A DNA stretch of 64,000 nt. Origin: the human T2T-CHM13v2.0 reference genome, Homo sapiens. A program made the translations under genes and the position numbers. This document shows, piece by piece, positions 60,750-64,000 of the stretch. The stretch lies in assembly GCF_009914755.1 (NCBI RefSeq), contig NC_060927.1, one strand, 5' to 3'. How positions within the stretch are numbered: position 1 is the stretch's first letter; every line of letters begins with the position of its first letter. The notes under the pieces are model-generated. The model saw nothing but the letters and a program-made list of their open reading frames with translations, searched no databases and was not told where the DNA came from.

Positions 60750-61661
60750 TTTTCCTTGTAATAGTCAGGACCCTCAGCTGTAGGTCTGTTGGAGTTTGCT
60801 GGAGGTCCACTCCAGACCCTGTTTTCCTGGGTATCACCAGCGGAGGCTGCAGAACAGCAAATATTGAAGAACGGCAGATGTTGCTGCCTGATCCTTCCTC
60901 TGGAAGCTTCGTCTCAGAGGGGCACCCAGTTGTATGAGGTGTCAGTCGGCCCCTTTTGGGAGGCATCTCCCAGTTAGGCTACTCGGGGGTCAGGGACCCA
61001 CTTGAGGGGGCAGTCTGTTTGTTCTCAGATCTCAAACTCTGTGCTGGGAGAACCACTACTGTCTTCAAAGCTGTCAGACAGGGACGTTTAAGTCTGCAGA
61101 AGTTTCTGCTGCATTTTGTTCAGCTATGCCCTGCCCCAGAGGTGGCGTCTACAGAGGCAGGCAGGCCTCCTTGAGCTGCGGTGGGCTCCACCCAGTTCGA
61201 GCTTCCCTGGCACTTTGTTCACCTACTCGAGCCTCAGTAATGGCAGACGCCCCTCCCCTAGCCTCGCTGCCGCCTTGCAGTTCAATCTCAGACTGCTGTG
61301 CTAGCAGTGAGTGGGGCTCCGTGGGCATGGGACCCTCTGAGCCAGGTGTGGAATATAATCTCCTGGTGTGCCATTGGCTAAGGCTGTTGGAAAAGTGCAG
61401 TATTAGGGTGGGAGTGTCCTGAATTTCCAGGTACCATCTGTCACAGCTTCCCTTAGCTAGGAAAGAGAATTCCCTGAGCCCTTGTGCTTCCCAGGTGAGG
61501 CGATGCCCTGCCCTCCTCCATGGGCTGCACTCACTGTCTGACAAGCCCCAATGAGATGAAGCTGGTACCTCAGCTGGAAATGCAGAAATAACCTGTCCTG
61601 CATCATTCAGGCTGGGAGCTGCAGACTGGAGCTGTTCCTATTTGGCCATCTTGGAACCTCC
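60750..61661 (-). promoter_or_regulatory. L1 5' UTR internal promoter region (sense leftward, possible antisense rightward)
   Basis: YY1 motif CAAGATGGCC near the 5' end; CpG-eroded; activity unknown. Confidence 0.6.
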
Positions 61662-62174
61662 AAAATTTTTGAAGATTTTCTTGAACTAGATGTGAACTCA
61701 AGAGGGCTGACCACAAGGAAAATAAAATAAAAACAGAAGCCTTCACTCAGAGAATAGATCAGGCCTCTCAAACTCTAAAGCAGATGGTCAACTCTTGCTG
61801 CTACTTGCCCTTCTTAATCCAAGGCTTGTGAAAGATGTTCAGTCAACAAGAACAATGATTTATATTGCAGTCACCATCAGGCTCATAATGCCTGTTCCTC
61901 TCATTTTACTCTTTCATTCATTCATCCACTCATTCATTCCTTTATTCTCACAATATCATATTTACTGGTCACCTAACCTGTGCTGAGGAAAACACAGTGA
62001 ATGAGACTCAGTCTATGATAATGTCCAGAGGGAGGTTATCCTAGGCAAAAGAGGAAAGGTGACAAGGATTTGAAGAGAGGAAAGTGCCAGCAAGTTTCCC
62101 AGAGCCTCTGGGGTGGACAGGGTGCGACCTTGAACCGTCAGATTCTGACCAAAGCCTTGTGATGACTGGGCAGC

Positions 62175-62405
62175 CTGGCAGAGTGGTTGATAGGGTGGGT
62201 TTTAGAGTCTGGGGTCAAACTCTAGTGCTGCTACTTATAGCTGTGCGATGATGGGCATATGGCTAAAGCCTTTGATGCCTCTATTTCCTCATGTGGGAAA
62301 TGGGGCAAATGACAGAACTTACCTCCTGGAGCTGCTATGAGATTTACATGAGGAACTTATAGAAAGTGCTTAGCATAGAATCTGGGATATGGCAAACAAC
62401 CACAT
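62175..62405 (+). mobile_element. MIR
   Basis: gcagagtggttga..gctacttatagctgtgcga..tttcctcatgtgggaaatgggg..aaagtgcttagcatag. Confidence 0.75.
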
Positions 62406-63669
62406 GATTTTATAATCATGGGATCTTTCCCAGAGACAAGCAAGGAAACACTGTTTCTCTCCTTTCCTCCAGGTTTAGCCTTGGATAATGTTAGCACATA
62501 CCTGGATGACATCAGCCTAGCTCACTGCATTGTGGCCTTGGCTGAGTTCAAAAGGAAATTCACACCCTCAGCCTTTCTTTACTGAGGCTCAGAGAGAAAG
62601 ATGTTAGCATCTGCTGAATCTCAAGTAACACAGTGCTTAATTGTTTGCAAAGTAATTCCCAATGCATTCTTCTTACTCTGCCTGCCCCAGCCCCATTGAG
62701 GGAGGTAAGGAGTCCCTACTCCTTCTAACATGCCAGAGTCTCGGCAACCTGCCCAAGGTCAGAAAGCCTGTATAAGAAATGTGATCATTAAATTCTGCAA
62801 ACTCTTCCTGCCATGACCCAGCAAGGTGGCACTTTTCTTCTTCCAGACAAATTCTAAAGTCAGTAATCTTTACTTACACCAAGCAGCAGTGAGAGGCACT
62901 CACAAATGTTGCTTGATTTCTTATTGTCAAAGTAACCTGGCTGAAGGTAACCACAGGAGGCTTTCCCACTAGGGCATGAAAAGGATTTTTAGGCTTAAAA
63001 ATATTTTCAGAGAAGAAGATAAATCACAAGTAAGGGAACATATGTTTATACAATCAGCCTCAAATGTACACCACAGAAATGAATCATCAGGCTTAAATGT
63101 TTCCCCTGGCCTAACCTATAAGTCCCCAGAGATCAGTGATTAAGTGTCCAATGGTTCTCTAAGAACCCCCCCCTTCAATCCCAGCTCTACTGCATGCAAA
63201 CTAGGAACAATAATTTGTAAAGCTGGTGACAGTAGGGACCAAGCTGCTTTCAAATTTTGCTTTCACTAAGAATTACTAAGTTGTTGGAGTGATTTTGTGT
63301 AAGGCAATACCTCCCCCTTTCCAAATAGCCCCATACCCGCTTTTACAATACATTCTGGCTTTGAAGGAAAACAGGAGAAATGTTACCGCTGGTTCAGCAA
63401 AGGTCAAGTGAGGGGGTAGGGTGGGGGTGCCTGTGGGGTTCTAAGATCACCCAACACTAATGACATTAAACACACTGTCAATCATTTCTTGCCTCAGCTG
63501 AGCCACTGATATCATAACGTGTTTTCTACTGGGGATTTTTGTTCTTTGTGTTAAATAAATCCAGCTATTGTAGCTATTCTCTTTGGCACTTAAATTCCAC
63601 CCTAAGCAATGGCTCAAGGTTAGTGTCACAAATACAAAGCAATATAGCAAGTAAAATGTAAGTACTTGG

Positions 63670-63830
63670 AGTGATGGCTAAAGAGTCCGATTGTGTAGGT
63701 TAGATATCTGAATCTCCTATTGAATTGACTGTGTGATCTTGGGCAACAGAATTCAACCCCATCTGAGCCTCAGTTTTCCCATCTATAAAATAGATTCATT
63801 TAGATAATTTATATAACATGAGTAAAGTAT
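63670..63830 (+). mobile_element. MIR
   Basis: ctgtgtgatcttgggcaac..tctgagcctcagttttcccatctataaaat. Confidence 0.75.
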
Positions 63831-64000
63831 ACCAATGCCAATTCTCTCAGCCTCACCTTTTGTTTTAGCTACTGCTGCATTAAACAGGTCCATACAGGCT
63901 CTGGCCAGCTTTGTGAAGATGTGACCTGATGTGCACACCATGTTCCTCTAGCTTCCTGCTCCCAGGCTTCCCTGCCTTGGTGGTGGGGGCCATCTGCAGG

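Overview
Primate (human-like) repeat-dense, apparently gene-free DNA: I see no host coding exon, RNA gene, CpG island or CRISPR-type array. Every informative ORF belongs to a transposable element. Main blocks: (1) about 3.7-7.8 kb, a nested stack of LTRs in which an old MLT1E-like LTR is split by MER4A1-like, LTR8 and MER39/34-like LTRs, the last itself split by a solo HERV-W LTR17, with TSDs readable; (2) 8388-14256, a MER61-type provirus (two LTRs, tRNA-Lys PBS, PPT, CAAT TSD) inside an old L1M; (3) 24307-27391, a full-length Tigger1 carrying two inverted Alus; (4) 33205-39845, a near full-length L1PB1; (5) 52265-61661, an L1PA5/6-like element with its 3' end inverted and truncated, containing a younger 5'-inverted L1PA3-like insertion. 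I did not find a new biological system in the sense of new genes. The most unusual signal is in block 5, where the two L1s keep different subfamily diagnostics but share several apparently non-consensus substitutions in both direct and inverted arms, which suggests local patchy gene conversion. Family names come from remembered consensus sequences and need Dfam/RepeatMasker confirmation. Boundaries of old elements (L2, MIR, L1M) are approximate.
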